Below, piece after piece: positions 63,972 through 64,000 of a DNA stretch of 64,000 nt. The stretch is from the human T2T-CHM13v2.0 reference genome, Homo sapiens. The translations under genes were made by a program, and so were the position numbers. The notes under the pieces are model-generated. The model did no database searches and had not been told where the DNA came from. It worked only from the letters and a program-made list of their open reading frames with translations. The stretch is taken from NCBI RefSeq assembly GCF_009914755.1, contig NC_060933.1; one strand, written 5' to 3'. The first letter of the stretch is position 1; the number at the start of each line of letters is the position of its first letter.

Positions 63972-64000
63972 GGAGGCACAGCAAGATAGCCAAATAGAGG
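63972..64000 (+). mobile_element. Probable start of an L1P 5'UTR
   Basis: ggaggcacagcaagatagccaaatag versus L1 5' consensus ggaggagccaagatggccgaatag. Confidence 0.5.

Overview
This is primate (human-like) nuclear genomic DNA of intronic/intergenic character, not prokaryotic. It is dominated by interspersed repeats: about 30 Alu elements (J, S and Y types, plus FLAM and FAM monomers), several L1 fragments, L2 and MIR relics, MaLR/ERVL/ERV1 LTR elements (including two MaLR proviruses that keep their internal sequence), hAT and Tigger DNA transposons, and purine-rich microsatellites. I recognise no complete protein-coding gene, RNA gene or CRISPR array. Many of the listed ORFs are repeat- or microsatellite-derived, and none of the rest resembles a protein family I recognise. 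The best gene-related signals are two minus-strand candidate alternative first exons, each ending in a phase-1 splice donor: about 42693-42850 (M-F-K-K-L-A-D-I-L-G, with CCAAT/TATA-like/HNF1-like motifs and a nearby CTCF site) and about 11148-11300 (M-S-N, with an overlapping uORF). They would belong to a host gene whose body lies left of the window, and I cannot name it. The main structural oddities are an inverted duplication linking two head-to-head Alus, a GAA-rich tract flanked by a duplicated 15-mer, and a twin-primed (5'-inverted) L1. I found no convincing evidence of a novel biological system. Repeat subfamily calls are from recall of consensus motifs and boundaries are approximate; RepeatMasker/Dfam would confirm them.
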